Below, one piece after another: positions 1 through 11,458 of a stretch of DNA of 50,828 bases (position 1 is the first letter of the stretch; the number at the start of each line of letters is the position of its first letter). The translations under genes were made by a program, and so were the position numbers. The stretch spans positions 1 through 50,828 of the forward strand of contig JAJZCF010000003.1 in the NCBI GenBank assembly GCA_021846265.1, read 5' to 3'. The notes beneath the pieces were generated by a model that saw only the letters and a program-made list of their open reading frames with translations, did not search any database and had not been told where the DNA came from. This DNA comes from Actinomycetes bacterium. GTDB taxonomy: Bacteria > Actinomycetota > Acidimicrobiia > Acidimicrobiales > Acidimicrobiaceae.

Positions 1-59
1 CGGGTGACAACTAGTAAGTTGCAGTTACTACGACTATTCCTGGCACCAATCACCGCCAG

Positions 60-1421
60 TTGCGGAACAAGGCAGATATCAGTTACCAAATGGAGTGTCT
101 CAGTATGATTAGCCAGGTGCCTTCGTCCTTTACCAACTGGCCAGGTCTAGTCGTCTCCCCCGAGCAAGCGGCGGGTTCTATCCGGGCGATGCCGCAGCGA
201 ACCATGAGTTTTCCAGATCACTTAAGGGCCCATGGAGATCTGCGAATGCCAAAGGTCGACTTCGCTTCGCTCGTCGAGATGTTGGACGAAGCAGGGCTGA
301 ACGGTCGCGGTGGAGCGGGCTTTCCCACCTCCAAGAAGCTGGCTTCGATGGCGTCATTTATAGGAAAATCAATCGTCGTCGCTAACGGTTCTGAGTCGGA
401 ACCCCTTGCGCATAAGGACGCATCTTTACTAATCCATCAGCCTCATCTGGTTCTCGAGGGGATAGCAATAGTCGCCGGAGCCCTTGGGGCGTCGAAGGCT
501 TATCTTATGGCGAAGACTAAAAATCAGATGGTGGTGTCTGCGGTCGAGGCGGCCCTTAGGGAACGTCGGAAATTGAGGTTGGACAAGGTTCCGGTGGCAC
601 CCAGGATTGCCGATCCCGGATACACCTCCGGAGTAGAGACATCTATTATTCAGCAACTCAATGGGAAGGGTCCAAAGCCCGCTTACTTTCCCGATAGGCC
701 TATCGCTATAGGCGTTTCCAAGAAGCCAACTTTTATCTCAAATGTCGAAACGTATGCAACGATAGCCCTAATTGTGCGGTCCGGGACCTCTTTTTATCGC
801 TCGATGGGGGTGCAAGGCGGACCGTACGGATCTCAGCTCTTGACCATCGTGTCACACGATGGTGCTTACGTTGTCGTCGAGGTCGAGGTTGGCACGCCCA
901 TTAGCGAGATAATTAGCTACGCCCAGATCGACACCAGTGCGGCTAGTTCTGTACTGATGGGTGGCTACTTCGGTCAGATCGTACCGCCCGATCGGATCGC
1001 CGACCTGAAACTTAATCAGCCCGAATTGAGGAAATTGGGCCTCGGAGTAGGGGCCGGAATCATCGGTTTCTCTTCGGCCTGTCCGTTGGTGGAAGCCTCT
1101 GGAATAGTAGCGTACCTTGCATCGCAGACGGCAGGCCAATGTGGCCCGTGCTTCCTTGGCCTTCCTGCTCTCGCCAAGGAGATCGGTCGTCTCGCTCACG
1201 GTGCAGCAATGCCAAAAGGGGTGGAGGAGATCGGTCGCCTCGCTGACCAGATAGTTGGACGCGGTGGTTGCGCCATGCCAGACGGTGCGGTAATCATAAC
1301 TAGGTCGGTAATGAAAAACTTTCCTGATGAGGTAAGGGTCCATGAATCCGGCAGGTGTTCGTTTGCCAATGGCCGTCCTAACTTTTTTGGGACTAAATAC
1401 GAGAGGCTGGGGCGGAATTGA
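60..1421 (+). CDS. NuoF-like NAD(H)/FMN-binding Fe-S protein (complex I 51 kDa subunit family), stand-alone
   Basis: 453-aa ORF with the GRGGAGFPTSKK glycine-rich motif, NGSESEP..HKD (NuoF FMN-site-like) and a C-terminal QCGPC...GRGGC Cys cluster. The true start is uncertain because there are several in-frame starts. Confidence 0.7.
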   Translation: MRNKADISYQMECLSMISQVPSSFTNWPGLVVSPEQAAGSIRAMPQRTMSFPDHLRAHGDLRMPKVDFASLVEMLDEAGLNGRGGAGFPTSKKLASMASFIGKSIVVANGSESEPLAHKDASLLIHQPHLVLEGIAIVAGALGASKAYLMAKTKNQMVVSAVEAALRERRKLRLDKVPVAPRIADPGYTSGVETSIIQQLNGKGPKPAYFPDRPIAIGVSKKPTFISNVETYATIALIVRSGTSFYRSMGVQGGPYGSQLLTIVSHDGAYVVVEVEVGTPISEIISYAQIDTSAASSVLMGGYFGQIVPPDRIADLKLNQPELRKLGLGVGAGIIGFSSACPLVEASGIVAYLASQTAGQCGPCFLGLPALAKEIGRLAHGAAMPKGVEEIGRLADQIVGRGGCAMPDGAVIITRSVMKNFPDEVRVHESGRCSFANGRPNFFGTKYERLGRN

Positions 1422-1636
1422 AGCCGATAGCCAGAATCGCGATCAATCCGATTGCTTGCGACGGACACGGAATTTGCGCCGAACTCCTGCCCGAGCTGAT
1501 CCACTTAGATGACTGGGGCTATCCAAAGATTGTGCACGAAGACCTCCCCATAGAACTTTTGGATCACGCAAGGAAAGCCGAGAAGCTATGTCCGGTACTT
1601 GCATTTTTGATCTATTACCCGACCAGCTCAAAGTAA
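1418..1636 (+). CDS. small ferredoxin
   Basis: 72-aa ORF whose TTG start overlaps the upstream stop (TTGA). It has an ACDGHGICAELLPE ferredoxin-type Cys motif plus a distal LCP. Confidence 0.6.
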   Translation: MKPIARIAINPIACDGHGICAELLPELIHLDDWGYPKIVHEDLPIELLDHARKAEKLCPVLAFLIYYPTSSK

Positions 1637-1656
1637 ATTCATCGTCTATAGTGTGG

Positions 1657-1702
1657 CGACTGCCGCCCGCTTTGACGGCGGGATGGCGCTGTTTTCGTTT
1701 TG
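1657..1702 (+). terminator. putative intrinsic terminator after the ferredoxin gene
   Basis: Imperfect GC-rich hairpin (CCCGC-TTTGACG-GCGGG core) followed by TGTTTTCGTTTT. Confidence 0.4.
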
Positions 1703-1739
1703 ATTCCTTCGGGTGGTTCTGGTTATTTTGGAGGTCAAT

Positions 1740-2480
1740 ATGTCAGTAGGCTTCGATCACGGCGGCAGTTTTGCTGGCAACGATGCCGCCGTTGTGGTGC
1801 TCCATGGATTCACTGGCTCACCGGCGAGCTTTATTCCCCAGGTAGACGCGCTGATAGCTGAGGGATTTAGGGTGGAGGTTCCCCTGCTTCCCGGGCACGG
1901 CACGACGGTCGAGGAGCTCGCCGAGACGCGTTTCGACGACTGGTGGAGGGAAGCTTCATCGGCTATCGAGAGGGTGATCGGAGAGGGTCTTCCGACCTTC
2001 GTCATGGGTTTGTCCATGGGAGGAACCTTGACCTTGAAGGCGGGAGTGACTTTTGATACTCTGAAGGGCCTCATACTGATCAATCCAGCCATTGAGCCCC
2101 CAGCGGCAAGTTTTTTGGAACTGGCGAGATCGCTTGTTGAAGGTGGGAACAAGTTCTTGCCGGCGGTGGGTTCCGACATTAAAAAGGAAGGTATCAGTGA
2201 GCCCTCCTACCCCGAGACTCCGATAGAGGCGGCGATATCTCTATTTGAGTCATTTGACGCAATCGTCGAAGGGCTCCCGTCGATCAAGGTCCCGGCCCTG
2301 CTATTTAATTCACTGGAAGACCATGTAGTGCCTACCTCTACTTCTGACTTTTTGCTCTCCAAGTACGGGGCGAAAATTGAGAGAATTTGGCTTAAAGACT
2401 CGTTCCATGTGGCAACGGTCGATAACGACTCCGAGCTTTTGACCGAGAAATCCATAGAGTGGATCCGAGCCAATTCATGA
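1740..2480 (+). CDS. alpha/beta hydrolase (carboxylesterase / monoacylglycerol-lipase-like)
   Basis: HGFTGSP oxyanion region and a GLSMGG nucleophile elbow. GGAGG lies 6 nt upstream of the ATG at 1740; the ORF track begins at 1713. Confidence 0.7.
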   Translation: MSVGFDHGGSFAGNDAAVVVLHGFTGSPASFIPQVDALIAEGFRVEVPLLPGHGTTVEELAETRFDDWWREASSAIERVIGEGLPTFVMGLSMGGTLTLKAGVTFDTLKGLILINPAIEPPAASFLELARSLVEGGNKFLPAVGSDIKKEGISEPSYPETPIEAAISLFESFDAIVEGLPSIKVPALLFNSLEDHVVPTSTSDFLLSKYGAKIERIWLKDSFHVATVDNDSELLTEKSIEWIRANS

Positions 2481-2672
2481 TATGCCCACATTAGTGAGGT
2501 CAAATGGGTGAAGATCCGCCAGTTTTTGTGAACCTCAGCTCTTTGGCGATTTGGTTCGAGCGAACTCGCCTAAGCCCGAAGTTTTCCAAATTTGAACTGA
2601 GACGCCTCTCGGTATGTGAATTTCAGTTGCCAATTACTCCAGAAGGAGATCTTTGGCTTTAGGATCTCTGAC

Positions 2673-2975
2673 ATGTCCAGTCGTATTTCTCCAAAAGAGG
2701 TCGCCCATGTGGCGATGCTCGCTCGGCTTTCCCTGACCGACGAAGAGGCGGAGCTCTATGCCTCCCAGCTGTCTTCCGTTTTGGATCACGCCAGTGATAT
2801 CGAGTCTTTAGATATCCATGATCTAGAGGTCACCGCCCATCCACTTGGACTTGTAAATCGGACCAGGAGCGATTCTGTCGTTTCCGGACTGAGCCAAGCA
2901 GAAGCCTTGTCTCAAGCGCCCGATGAAGCGCAAGGTATGTTCTCTGTGCCGCCGGTCTTGGGTGAGCCGTCATGA
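2673..2975 (+). CDS. gatC: Asp/Glu-tRNA amidotransferase subunit C
   Basis: The N-terminus from Met20 ([20 protein letters not shown]) is GatC-like. The stop overlaps the gatA start (ATGA). Confidence 0.85.
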   Translation: MSSRISPKEVAHVAMLARLSLTDEEAELYASQLSSVLDHASDIESLDIHDLEVTAHPLGLVNRTRSDSVVSGLSQAEALSQAPDEAQGMFSVPPVLGEPS

Positions 2976-4453
2976 GCGAGATGACCAATATGAGCGCTTT
3001 CGAAATAGCAGAGTCGGTTAATAACCAAACAGTGACGGCGACATCGGTCGTCGAGAAGTCCCTGGCTCTAGCGGAGGCCCTTAACTCCAAATTGAATGCC
3101 TTCTTAGCTATAGACCGAGAGGGCGCATTGCGGGCGGCGGCGAAGGTCGATTCGATTATCGCCAGTGGTGGATCCCCCGGCCGACTAGCGGGGGTTCCGA
3201 TAGCCCTGAAGGACAACATGTGCAAGGTCGGCCTACCGACCACCTGCGGTTCCAGGATCTTGCAGGGTTGGATTCCTCCATATGACGCGACGGTGACGAA
3301 ACTCCTAGAAAGCGAGGGGGCGATCATCGTCGGCAAGACCAACCTTGACGAGTTCGCGATGGGTTCCTCTACCGAGAACTCGGCCTACGGCCCAACCCTC
3401 AATCCCGTCGATCTAACGAGGGTGCCAGGTGGTTCTTCGGGTGGGTCGGCATCGAGCGTAGCGGCGGGGATCGTCCCAGTCGCTCTGGGATCAGATACCG
3501 GTGGGTCTATTCGCCAACCAGCTTCGCTATGCGGGGTAGTCGGGGTCAAACCCACCTACGGGAGGGTCTCCCGGTATGGCCTCGTCGCCTTTGCTTCGTC
3601 ATTGGATCAGATCGGACCCTTTTCTTCTTCCGTGATGGACTCTGCTTTAACCTTGGAAGTAATAGCCGGTTTCGACCTCAAGGATTCGACTTCCTACGAC
3701 GAACAGATGGGCTCGCTCAGTGCGCAAAAGGGCCTTTCTGTCGAAGGGTTGCGGGTGGGGATGGTCACGGAGTTTGTCGAAGGTAGCGATTTGGAGGTAG
3801 TTAGCGCCCTTAGGGACGCCGCCAACGCACTCACCAGCCTCGGGGCGGATGTCGTCGAGATCTCCATTCCCGAGACGAAGCTCGGCCTTTCTGCTTATTA
3901 CCTGATCGCTCCGGCCGAAGCTTCGTCTAATCTGGCCCGCTTTGACGGGGTGCGCTTCGGGCTTAGGGTAGAGGGCTCAAACATTGAAGAGACAAACGTG
4001 CTAACCCGAACTAAAGGATTTGGTGCGGAGGTAAAAAGGCGGATCATGCTTGGGACATACGCCTTGTCCTCGGGCTACTATGACGCCTATTATGCCAAGG
4101 CCCAGCAGGTCAGGACATTAATTAAGTCGGGATTCGAGCGGGCTTATCAGCAGGTGGACGTGTTGATTTCCCCCGTCTCGCCTACTACGGCATTCAAGCT
4201 CGGAGAGAAGTCCCTCGATCCGTTGGCGATGTATCTTTCCGATGTCTGCACAATCCCGAGCAACCTAGCGGGCCACCCGGCGATGTCGATGCCTTACGCT
4301 TTGGATTCCAAGGGTCTCCCAATAGGAGTCCAGATATTAGCCCCGGCCCTCAGGGAGGATCTGATGTTTAGATTGGCCTTCGCTTTGGAGGGGTCGTCGA
4401 CGGGAGCGCCTTCACTGGACGATTCGATAAAGGAGGCGATAAATCGTGGCTAA
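2972..4453 (+). CDS. gatA: Asp/Glu-tRNA amidotransferase subunit A
   Basis: 493 aa with the amidase signature ([18 protein letters not shown]); sits between gatC and gatB. Confidence 0.95.
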   Translation: MSEMTNMSAFEIAESVNNQTVTATSVVEKSLALAEALNSKLNAFLAIDREGALRAAAKVDSIIASGGSPGRLAGVPIALKDNMCKVGLPTTCGSRILQGWIPPYDATVTKLLESEGAIIVGKTNLDEFAMGSSTENSAYGPTLNPVDLTRVPGGSSGGSASSVAAGIVPVALGSDTGGSIRQPASLCGVVGVKPTYGRVSRYGLVAFASSLDQIGPFSSSVMDSALTLEVIAGFDLKDSTSYDEQMGSLSAQKGLSVEGLRVGMVTEFVEGSDLEVVSALRDAANALTSLGADVVEISIPETKLGLSAYYLIAPAEASSNLARFDGVRFGLRVEGSNIEETNVLTRTKGFGAEVKRRIMLGTYALSSGYYDAYYAKAQQVRTLIKSGFERAYQQVDVLISPVSPTTAFKLGEKSLDPLAMYLSDVCTIPSNLAGHPAMSMPYALDSKGLPIGVQILAPALREDLMFRLAFALEGSSTGAPSLDDSIKEAINRG

Positions 4454-5933
4454 CGCAGAGACCGATCTGAAAGATCTTGGTGTTCGTGGGGAATCTGATT
4501 TTCTCCCAGATGGGTGGGAACTCGTCTGCGGACTCGAAGTGCATACGGAACTGAAGACAAAGACCAAACTTTTTTGCGGCTGTGCAAACGTCTTTGGCGC
4601 ACAAGCCAATACCAACGTCTGTCCGACCTGCTTAGGCCTTCCGGGATCGCTGCCGGTGCTAAATGAGAGGGCTTTAGAGATAGCGGCGATGATCGGGCTG
4701 GCGCTCTCTGCGAAAGTACAGGCGTCGATCTTCCATCGCAAGAACTACTTCTATCCCGACATGCCAAAAGATTTTCAGATCTCTCAGTATGACATACCGT
4801 TGAACGCCGACGGATACCTGATCTTGCCTAGCGGCAAGCGGATCGGAATCGAAAGGGCGCACGTCGAAGAGGACACCGGAAAGATTACCCACCTGGGTGG
4901 GGCGTCGGGAAGGATCCACGGAGCGGAGCGGGCGCTCATCGACTACAACCGCAGCGGAGTACCGTTAGTTGAGATAGTTTCGCGACCCGATATAGCCTCG
5001 CCCGAAGAAGCCAGAGAGTACGTCAGCGAACTCCGCTCCACGCTGGTGGCGATTGGAGCATCTGACGGAAAGATGGAGGAGGGCTCGTTGAGGGTCGACG
5101 CCAACGTTTCGGTGCGGCCAATAGGAGAGACGCCTTTTAGAACTCGTTGTGAGATCAAGAATTTGAACTCGCTTCGCTCATTAGTCCGTGCAATTACCTT
5201 CGAAGCTCACAGGCAGGTCGCCGCTTATCTAGCCGGCGAGAAGGTAACCCAGCAGACCAGGCATTGGGATGAAAGTGCCGGCCGAACAGTCGCCCTTCGA
5301 AACAAGGAAGAGGCGGAAGACTACAGGTACTTCCCCGAGCCCGACCTTGTGCCACTTAGACCAAGCGAAGAGTGGATCGAGGGACTAAGGTCTCAATTGG
5401 GCGAGCTTCCAAAGGAGAGGCGGGCGAGGCTCGTTGAGAGTCTTGGGTTAACTGACACAAACGATCAGATTGAGACGGCGATATCTGTCGAGTTGTACCC
5501 CTTCGCTCGCTCGGCATTAGCTGCGGGACTTGACCCGAAGATTACGGTAGCTCGTTGTGCAAATGAGCTTGCGAGCTTGGCACCGTTGGATGAATCATTT
5601 GAGATCTCCTGGTTTGTTGAGCTGTTAAGGATGGAGACAAATGGCGAAGTGTCTGCGACGCAAGCCAAGTCGATCCTCGCCGAAGTCGCAAAGAACCTCA
5701 TATCACCGAAGGCCGCCCAGGAGCGACTGGGTTTTTCACAGCTCACAGACGATCAATTGACCAAAACGATCAATGAGGCAATTCTGCAAAATCCAAAGGA
5801 GTGGGAGCGTTTTCGGACCGGAGAGGCACAGCTGCAGGGCTTTTTTGTCGGGAAGATTATGAAAGCAACTTCGGGAAAGGCCGACGGAAAGGCCGTTGTT
5901 AGGATTTTACTTGCCACAGCAGAGCAACGTTGA
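4446..5933 (+). CDS. gatB: Asp/Glu-tRNA amidotransferase subunit B
   Basis: 495 aa with [20 protein letters not shown] and a C-terminal GatB/YqeY domain. The GTG start overlaps the gatA end. Confidence 0.95.
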   Translation: MANAETDLKDLGVRGESDFLPDGWELVCGLEVHTELKTKTKLFCGCANVFGAQANTNVCPTCLGLPGSLPVLNERALEIAAMIGLALSAKVQASIFHRKNYFYPDMPKDFQISQYDIPLNADGYLILPSGKRIGIERAHVEEDTGKITHLGGASGRIHGAERALIDYNRSGVPLVEIVSRPDIASPEEAREYVSELRSTLVAIGASDGKMEEGSLRVDANVSVRPIGETPFRTRCEIKNLNSLRSLVRAITFEAHRQVAAYLAGEKVTQQTRHWDESAGRTVALRNKEEAEDYRYFPEPDLVPLRPSEEWIEGLRSQLGELPKERRARLVESLGLTDTNDQIETAISVELYPFARSALAAGLDPKITVARCANELASLAPLDESFEISWFVELLRMETNGEVSATQAKSILAEVAKNLISPKAAQERLGFSQLTDDQLTKTINEAILQNPKEWERFRTGEAQLQGFFVGKIMKATSGKADGKAVVRILLATAEQR

Positions 5934-5997
5934 GGTCTGGTCATTGACCAGGGCCATCGACATATAAGGTGCAGAAGAGAACTTTGAGAAGTCGGAC

Positions 5998-7707
5998 TTG
6001 GGAGTGGTGAGATTGAACCAGAATCGGGACCTTTCGGATAAGAGGCCATCGAGCAAGGTTGTTACGGATGGGTATCGCAGGGCACCGGCCAGGGCGATGC
6101 TTAGGGCGGTTGGTATGGAGGACGAGGACTTTCAAAAGCCACAGGTGGCCGTAGCGTCCTCCTTCAACGATGTAACTCCTTGCAACATGTCCCTCGCAGA
6201 GCTGACGCGCCACGCCAAGATGGGCATTCGCAAAGCGGGCGGCTACCCATTTGAGTTCTCAACGATCGCAGTGTCCGACGGCATCTCTATGGGTTTCGAG
6301 GGGATGAAGGCCTCCTTGGTCTCTCGGGAGATAATCTGCGATTCGGTTGAGGCGATGATGCACGCAGAGGGGTTTGACGCGATGGTCACACTCGCTGGAT
6401 GCGACAAGTCGCTCCCGGGCATGTTGATGGCGGCAGCTCGATCGAATGTGCCCTCGGTCTTTCTCTACGGCGGCACGATCCTGCCTGGCCATCTAAACGG
6501 CAAATCGATCGATTTGGTGGATGTCTTTGAAGCGGTTGGGTCCTACTCTGCTGGGGCATTGACCGACGAAGAACTTTCGCTAATCGAGAGGAATGCCTGT
6601 CCGACCATAGGTAGCTGTGGCGGCATGTTTACCGCCAATACCATGGCTTCTGTCGCCGAGGCCCTCGGAATGAGCATCCTCGGATCGGCCTCAGCCCCAG
6701 CGGTAGACAGGAAGCGGACGGATTTTGCCTTCCTTTCGGGGGAGATGGCGGTCAATCTCTTGGTAGAAGGGATTACTACGAGGCAGATCCTGACCAAGGC
6801 GGCTTTTGAGAATGCTATCTCGGCGGTCATGGCGCTAGGTGGATCGACCAATGCAGTACTTCACCTGATGGCGATCGCATTTGAGGCAGAAGTCGATCTG
6901 ACCTTGGACGACTTCAACCGGATCGCCAAGAGGGTACCCCATATCGCCGATACGAAGCCACACGGGAAATTCCATATGAGCGATATTGACGCTATTGGGG
7001 GAATTCCGGTAGTTCTTCAGGAGTTGGCTAGCCGTGGATTGCTTAATCTTGACGCACTAACCGTCAGTGGCAAGACAATGGGGGAGAACCTCGATGCGAT
7101 TAATCCACCCAAGCCCGACGGGGTTGTGATCCATGGCCTTGACAACCCGATCCATAAAGTCGGTGGAATCGCTATCTTGTCCGGTTCGCTAGCCCCCAAG
7201 GGCTCGGTCGTAAAAGTTGCTGGAATCGACATAGATTACTTTGAGGGGACTGCGAGGGTGTTCAACGGTGAGGAAGCGGCATTGGACGCCATTCTCGCAG
7301 GTGAAATTGAGCCGAACACCGTTGTAGTAATACGCTATGAGGGTCCAAAGGGTGGACCTGGCATGCGTGAGATGCTCGCAGTAACGGGTGCGATGAAGGG
7401 TGCGGGTAGGGGCGCCGACTCGGCACTGGTTACCGACGGGCGATTCTCCGGGGGAACCCATGGACTGTGTATTGGCCACGTCTCGCCCGAAGCGGTCGAT
7501 ATGGGACCAATCGCTCTCGTAAAAGACGGAGACAAGATAGTCATCGATGTCGAAAAGCACACCCTCGATCTCGTTGTTGACGCAAAGGAACTTGCCGATC
7601 GGCAGGCGGGAGTGACCCATCCAGAGCCGAAATATACACGAGGATTTCTGGCAAAGTACGCAAAATTAGTCAAAGGAGCTGAAATAGGTGCCGTTACCGG
7701 AGCCTAA
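5998..7707 (+). CDS. ilvD: dihydroxy-acid dehydratase
   Basis: 569 aa with [21 protein letters not shown] and an [13 protein letters not shown]-terminal region. The exact start is ambiguous (TTG 5998 or GTG 6004/6007). Confidence 0.95.
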   Translation: MGVVRLNQNRDLSDKRPSSKVVTDGYRRAPARAMLRAVGMEDEDFQKPQVAVASSFNDVTPCNMSLAELTRHAKMGIRKAGGYPFEFSTIAVSDGISMGFEGMKASLVSREIICDSVEAMMHAEGFDAMVTLAGCDKSLPGMLMAAARSNVPSVFLYGGTILPGHLNGKSIDLVDVFEAVGSYSAGALTDEELSLIERNACPTIGSCGGMFTANTMASVAEALGMSILGSASAPAVDRKRTDFAFLSGEMAVNLLVEGITTRQILTKAAFENAISAVMALGGSTNAVLHLMAIAFEAEVDLTLDDFNRIAKRVPHIADTKPHGKFHMSDIDAIGGIPVVLQELASRGLLNLDALTVSGKTMGENLDAINPPKPDGVVIHGLDNPIHKVGGIAILSGSLAPKGSVVKVAGIDIDYFEGTARVFNGEEAALDAILAGEIEPNTVVVIRYEGPKGGPGMREMLAVTGAMKGAGRGADSALVTDGRFSGGTHGLCIGHVSPEAVDMGPIALVKDGDKIVIDVEKHTLDLVVDAKELADRQAGVTHPEPKYTRGFLAKYAKLVKGAEIGAVTGA

Positions 7708-7737
7708 AGAGGCTCTGCCAGCGTCTAGTATGTCTCA

Positions 7738-7779
7738 ATGGCAAATTTCGCCTCTGAGATCGTAGTACTTCCTTCGTAG
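7738..7779 (+). promoter_or_regulatory. candidate 13-codon leader ORF (MANFASEIVVLPS) upstream of ilvB
   Basis: ATG 7738 to TAG 7779 contains consecutive Ile-Val-Val-Leu codons, directly followed by a hairpin (7781-7804) and a terminator hairpin. There is no good SD. Confidence 0.25.
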
Positions 7780-7804
7780 CGTAGCGGGTCACCCGGTGCG
7801 CTAC

Positions 7805-7836
7805 AAGACCTCCCCCTCCGGGAGGTCTTTTTGTTT
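7805..7836 (+). terminator. intrinsic terminator (ilvD terminator and/or ilvB attenuator)
   Basis: Perfect 10-bp stem AAGACCTCCC / GGGAGGTCTT (7805-7814 and 7820-7829) with a 5-nt loop, followed by TTTGTTT. Confidence 0.7.
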
Positions 7837-7919
7837 ATCCGCACCAAAAGTGGTTCGTTCGTTTTGAGTTTGAGGAGGCTGTAGGGTCTTTGGGCGAGAA
7901 CGGCCGTGTGTTGGATGAG

Positions 7920-7939
7920 TCCACCGAAGCTTCGGTGGA
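7920..7939. promoter_or_regulatory. perfect 20-bp palindrome upstream of ilvB
   Basis: TCCACCGAAG|CTTCGGTGGA, about 90 nt upstream of the ilvB ATG. It could be an operator or an RNA hairpin. Confidence 0.3.
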
Positions 7940-8028
7940 AAAGTGTAGGTCGCAGGTGAATGGCGATCGAGTGCAGTGAGACGGCACCCAGATTGGGGCC
8001 GAAGTTCTAGCTTTGAGGAGTCAGCAAG

Positions 8029-9747
8029 ATGCAACTGACAGGTGCCCAGGCGCTGATCAAAAGTCTTGAGATGGAGCAGGTCGAGGTTATATTTGGCCTT
8101 CCCGGAGGGGCGATTCTTCCGGTATATGACCCACTTTTGGACTCGACCATCAGGCATATCCTGGTAAGACACGAACAGGGTGCTGGCCACGCCGCCGAGG
8201 GCTATGCGCACGTCACGGGGCGTCCGGGTGTTGCGATGGTCACCTCGGGGCCAGCGGCTACGAATATCGTTACCGCCCTTGCCGATGCCTACATGGACTC
8301 GATCCCTCTGGTAGTGATAACCGGGCAGGTCGGGACGAGCTTGATTGGAACCGACGCCTTTCAAGAAGCCGATACTACCGGGATCACGATGAGCGTTACC
8401 AAGCACAACTGGTTGATTACCGACGCCTCGCAGATTCCAACGGTCGTCCGAGAGGCCTTCCACGTCGCCACGACCGGCCGACCGGGTCCAGTTTTGATTG
8501 ACCTGCCAAAGGACGTTTCTAACCAGACCATGGAGTGGTATTGGCCCGAGAGTGTGGATCTTCCGGGGTATAAGCCGACGCTTAAGGGTCATCCAAAGAT
8601 GATCCAGGAAGCCGCAAAGCTGATCTCGAAGGCGCTTCGTCCGGTCCTCTACGTCGGGGGTGGCGTGCTAAGAGCGGGTGCGACCAAAGAACTTTTGGCT
8701 TTGGCCGAGCACTGTAGAATACCAGTCGTTACGACCCTGATGGCGAGGGGAGCATTCCCAGACGAGAACCCACTTTGCCTCGGGATGCCGGGTATGCACG
8801 GCAACTACACGGCGGTAACTTCGATGCAGAAGTCCGATCTATTGATTACCTTGGGGGCACGCTTTGACGATCGTGTCACGGGCAATGTCGCAGGCTTTGC
8901 CCCCTACGCCAAGGTGATTCACGTCGATATCGACCCCGCCGAACTCGGTAAGATCAGAAACCCAGACGTCCCGATTGTTGGGGATCTGAAGTTGGTGATT
9001 CCCGAGTTGACAAGGGAGATCAAGAAGTTAAAGGTCGATATTAAGACCCAGTTAGAGCCGTGGATCGCCGAGCTTAATACTTGGCGTGAGAAGTATCCAC
9101 TCAGCTACAACCAGGACCCAGGTGGCCGCCCGCTAAAGCCGCAGTATGTCATCGAGAGGTTGAGGCAGATGGCACCGCCAGACACCATCGTAGTGTCTGG
9201 GGTTGGTCAGCATCAGATGTGGGCGTCACAGTTTTGGAAGTTCAACCACCCAAATACCTGGGTGAATTCGGGTGGACTCGGAACTATGGGTTTTGCGGTT
9301 CCGGCGGCTCTTGGCGCAAAGGTCGGCAGGCCGGACAAGGTGGTCTGGGCAATTGACGGCGACGGCTGTTTTCAGATGACTGCGCAGGAACTCGTTACCG
9401 CTACCGCCGAGAGGATCCCAATCAAGGTAGCTATCCTAAATAACGCCTACTTGGGGATGGTGAGGCAGTGGCAGGAGATGTTCTATGACCAGCGCTATTC
9501 GGAGGTATACCTCTCTCCTGACCTCCCTGACTACGTCAAGTGGGCCGAGGCGATGGGATGCGTCGGGATAAGGGTCGACAGCGCAGATGAGGTCGAAGTC
9601 GCTATCGAGAAGGCAAACTCTATAAATGATCGTCCGGTTGTGATCGACTTTAGGACAGACACTTGGGAAAAGGTATTTCCAATGGTGCCAGCGGGTAAGA
9701 CAAATGACGAGATAGTTATCGGACCACAAGAGATGGAGAAAAAGTGA
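8029..9747 (+). CDS. ilvB: acetolactate synthase large subunit
   Basis: 572 aa with the ThDP motif GDGCFQM..NN and a typical AHAS N-terminus ([20 protein letters not shown]). Confidence 0.95.
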   Translation: MQLTGAQALIKSLEMEQVEVIFGLPGGAILPVYDPLLDSTIRHILVRHEQGAGHAAEGYAHVTGRPGVAMVTSGPAATNIVTALADAYMDSIPLVVITGQVGTSLIGTDAFQEADTTGITMSVTKHNWLITDASQIPTVVREAFHVATTGRPGPVLIDLPKDVSNQTMEWYWPESVDLPGYKPTLKGHPKMIQEAAKLISKALRPVLYVGGGVLRAGATKELLALAEHCRIPVVTTLMARGAFPDENPLCLGMPGMHGNYTAVTSMQKSDLLITLGARFDDRVTGNVAGFAPYAKVIHVDIDPAELGKIRNPDVPIVGDLKLVIPELTREIKKLKVDIKTQLEPWIAELNTWREKYPLSYNQDPGGRPLKPQYVIERLRQMAPPDTIVVSGVGQHQMWASQFWKFNHPNTWVNSGGLGTMGFAVPAALGAKVGRPDKVVWAIDGDGCFQMTAQELVTATAERIPIKVAILNNAYLGMVRQWQEMFYDQRYSEVYLSPDLPDYVKWAEAMGCVGIRVDSADEVEVAIEKANSINDRPVVIDFRTDTWEKVFPMVPAGKTNDEIVIGPQEMEKK

Positions 9748-10322
9748 CCTTTTCGAGTTCGGTGGTCCCAATGGGGGGCAATAGGGCCAATTTAGAGGCG
9801 AAACACCACGTCTTGTCGGTGTTGGTCGAGAATAAATCGGGCGTGCTAGCCCGCATCGCACAGCTCTTTTCGAGGAGAGGGTACAACATCTACTCCCTCT
9901 CGGTGGCTCCGACTGAAGATGAAAGGTTTTCGCGGGTCACCATCGTCGTTGACGTCGAATCCGCTCCTTTGGAGCAGATAACAAAGCAACTTCACAAACT
10001 GATCAACGTCCTAAAGATCTCCGAGATCAATGCCGCACAGGCCGTAGAGTACGAGCTGTTGATGGGGAGCATCTCGACCTCTTCCGAGACTCGATCCGAG
10101 TTGATTGAACTCGTGCGAATTTTTGACGGAAAGATCGTCGATGTCGGCTTCGACAAGCTGACGGTGATGCTCGCAGGTACTCCCAAAATGCTCGATGACT
10201 TTGAGGCGCTGCTCGGTGCGTACCCGATCGTTGAAATACAGCGAACTGGTAGGGTGGCTTTGCAGAAGTTGGACCGAAGCGCTCCGACTAGAGCGAGATC
10301 CAAATCAGGAAAGGCGTCTTAA
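9744..10322 (+). CDS. ilvN: acetolactate synthase small (regulatory) subunit
   Basis: ACT domain [28 protein letters not shown]. The GTG start overlaps the ilvB stop (GTGA). Confidence 0.9.
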   Translation: MTFSSSVVPMGGNRANLEAKHHVLSVLVENKSGVLARIAQLFSRRGYNIYSLSVAPTEDERFSRVTIVVDVESAPLEQITKQLHKLINVLKISEINAAQAVEYELLMGSISTSSETRSELIELVRIFDGKIVDVGFDKLTVMLAGTPKMLDDFEALLGAYPIVEIQRTGRVALQKLDRSAPTRARSKSGKAS

Positions 10323-11348
10323 ATGGCGAAGATGTACTACGAGGCCGATGCTGACCCCAGCCTGTTACAAGGCAAAAAGGTGGCGATCATCGGTTATGGT
10401 TCGCAAGGTCATGCCCATGCACTCAATTTGGCCGATTCAGGAGTAGATGTTGTAGTTGGGTTAAGGCCCGGCTCGGCTTCGGCGGAGAAGGCCAAGGCTT
10501 CGGGTCTCAGTGTGGCCTCGGTTTCCGACGCCGCTAAGTCGGCGGATCTCATCATGTTTTTGGCCCCGGACACCGTGCAAAAGAAGATTTACGATGAGGA
10601 GGTAGTCGCCAATCTGCGCCCAGGCGTAGCGATAGCCTTCGCCCACGGCTTCAACGTTAGGTTTGGACAGATAGAAGCCCCGGCAAATGTCGACGTGATC
10701 ATGATTGCGCCAAAGGGCCCGGGTCACCTGGTAAGGAGAACTTACCAAGAGGGTGGCGGAACGCCATCTCTTATTGCAGTAGCCCAGGACGCTACGGGGA
10801 AAGCGCACGATCTTGCCCTCGCCTATGCACACGCCATTGGATCAACGAAGGCTGGGGTACTCGACACCACCTTCTCCGAGGAGACTGAGACGGACCTTTT
10901 CGGGGAGCAGGTAGTGCTCTGTGGCGGTTTGGCTTCTCTGGTCCAGGCAGGATTTGAGACCCTAGTCGAGGCGGGATATCAGCCCGAGTCCGCCTACTTC
11001 GAATGCCTCCATGAGCTAAAGCTGATCGTTGACCTCCTTTATGAAGAGGGGCTATCTGGAATGTGGTTCTCAGTATCGGAGACCGCCGAATACGGAGGCT
11101 TGAGCCGTGGTCCGAGGATTGTGACTTCGGAGACTAAGGCTGAGATGAAGAGGGTATTGGACGAGATCCAGTCGGGCAAGTTTGCTTCAGAGTGGATTGC
11201 CGAGAACGAAGCTGGTCAAGTCCACTTTAACGAACTAAGGGCAAAAGCTAATGCCCATCAGATAGAGGGCGTTGGAGTACAACTCCGCGGGATGATGCCA
11301 TTCTTGTCGGCGGGAAAGAAGTCGATTAGGGATATTTCCGGGGGCTGA
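10323..11348 (+). CDS. ilvC: ketol-acid reductoisomerase
   Basis: 341 aa with [13 protein letters not shown]; the ATG immediately follows the ilvN stop. Confidence 0.95.
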   Translation: MAKMYYEADADPSLLQGKKVAIIGYGSQGHAHALNLADSGVDVVVGLRPGSASAEKAKASGLSVASVSDAAKSADLIMFLAPDTVQKKIYDEEVVANLRPGVAIAFAHGFNVRFGQIEAPANVDVIMIAPKGPGHLVRRTYQEGGGTPSLIAVAQDATGKAHDLALAYAHAIGSTKAGVLDTTFSEETETDLFGEQVVLCGGLASLVQAGFETLVEAGYQPESAYFECLHELKLIVDLLYEEGLSGMWFSVSETAEYGGLSRGPRIVTSETKAEMKRVLDEIQSGKFASEWIAENEAGQVHFNELRAKANAHQIEGVGVQLRGMMPFLSAGKKSIRDISGG

Positions 11349-11458
11349 TCTAGATCTCCGATCCCCTTGTAGAACTCCAGGGTGCCAGGCGAGCCCACTT
11401 TGTCGAGAGGGTAAATCTCTTTCAGGCGATATACCGGGCGTATCTTGCGGCCTTTGGT

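Noticed and set aside
2553-2561. tRNA T-loop-like GGTTCGAGC upstream of gatC
   Set aside because: The flanking bases do not form a T-stem or an acceptor stem. There is only a small CGAG-CGAA-CTCG hairpin, so this is not a tRNA.
7801-8592. 263-aa minus-strand ORF spanning the ilvB 5' region
   Set aside because: It lies antisense to a very well-supported ilvB ORF and runs through the plus-strand terminator. The product is Arg/Gly/Pro-rich and low-complexity with no motif, which is typical of a shadow ORF in GC-rich coding DNA. The same reasoning applies to other long antisense ORFs, for example 2830-3342, 11839-12441 and 44118-44714.
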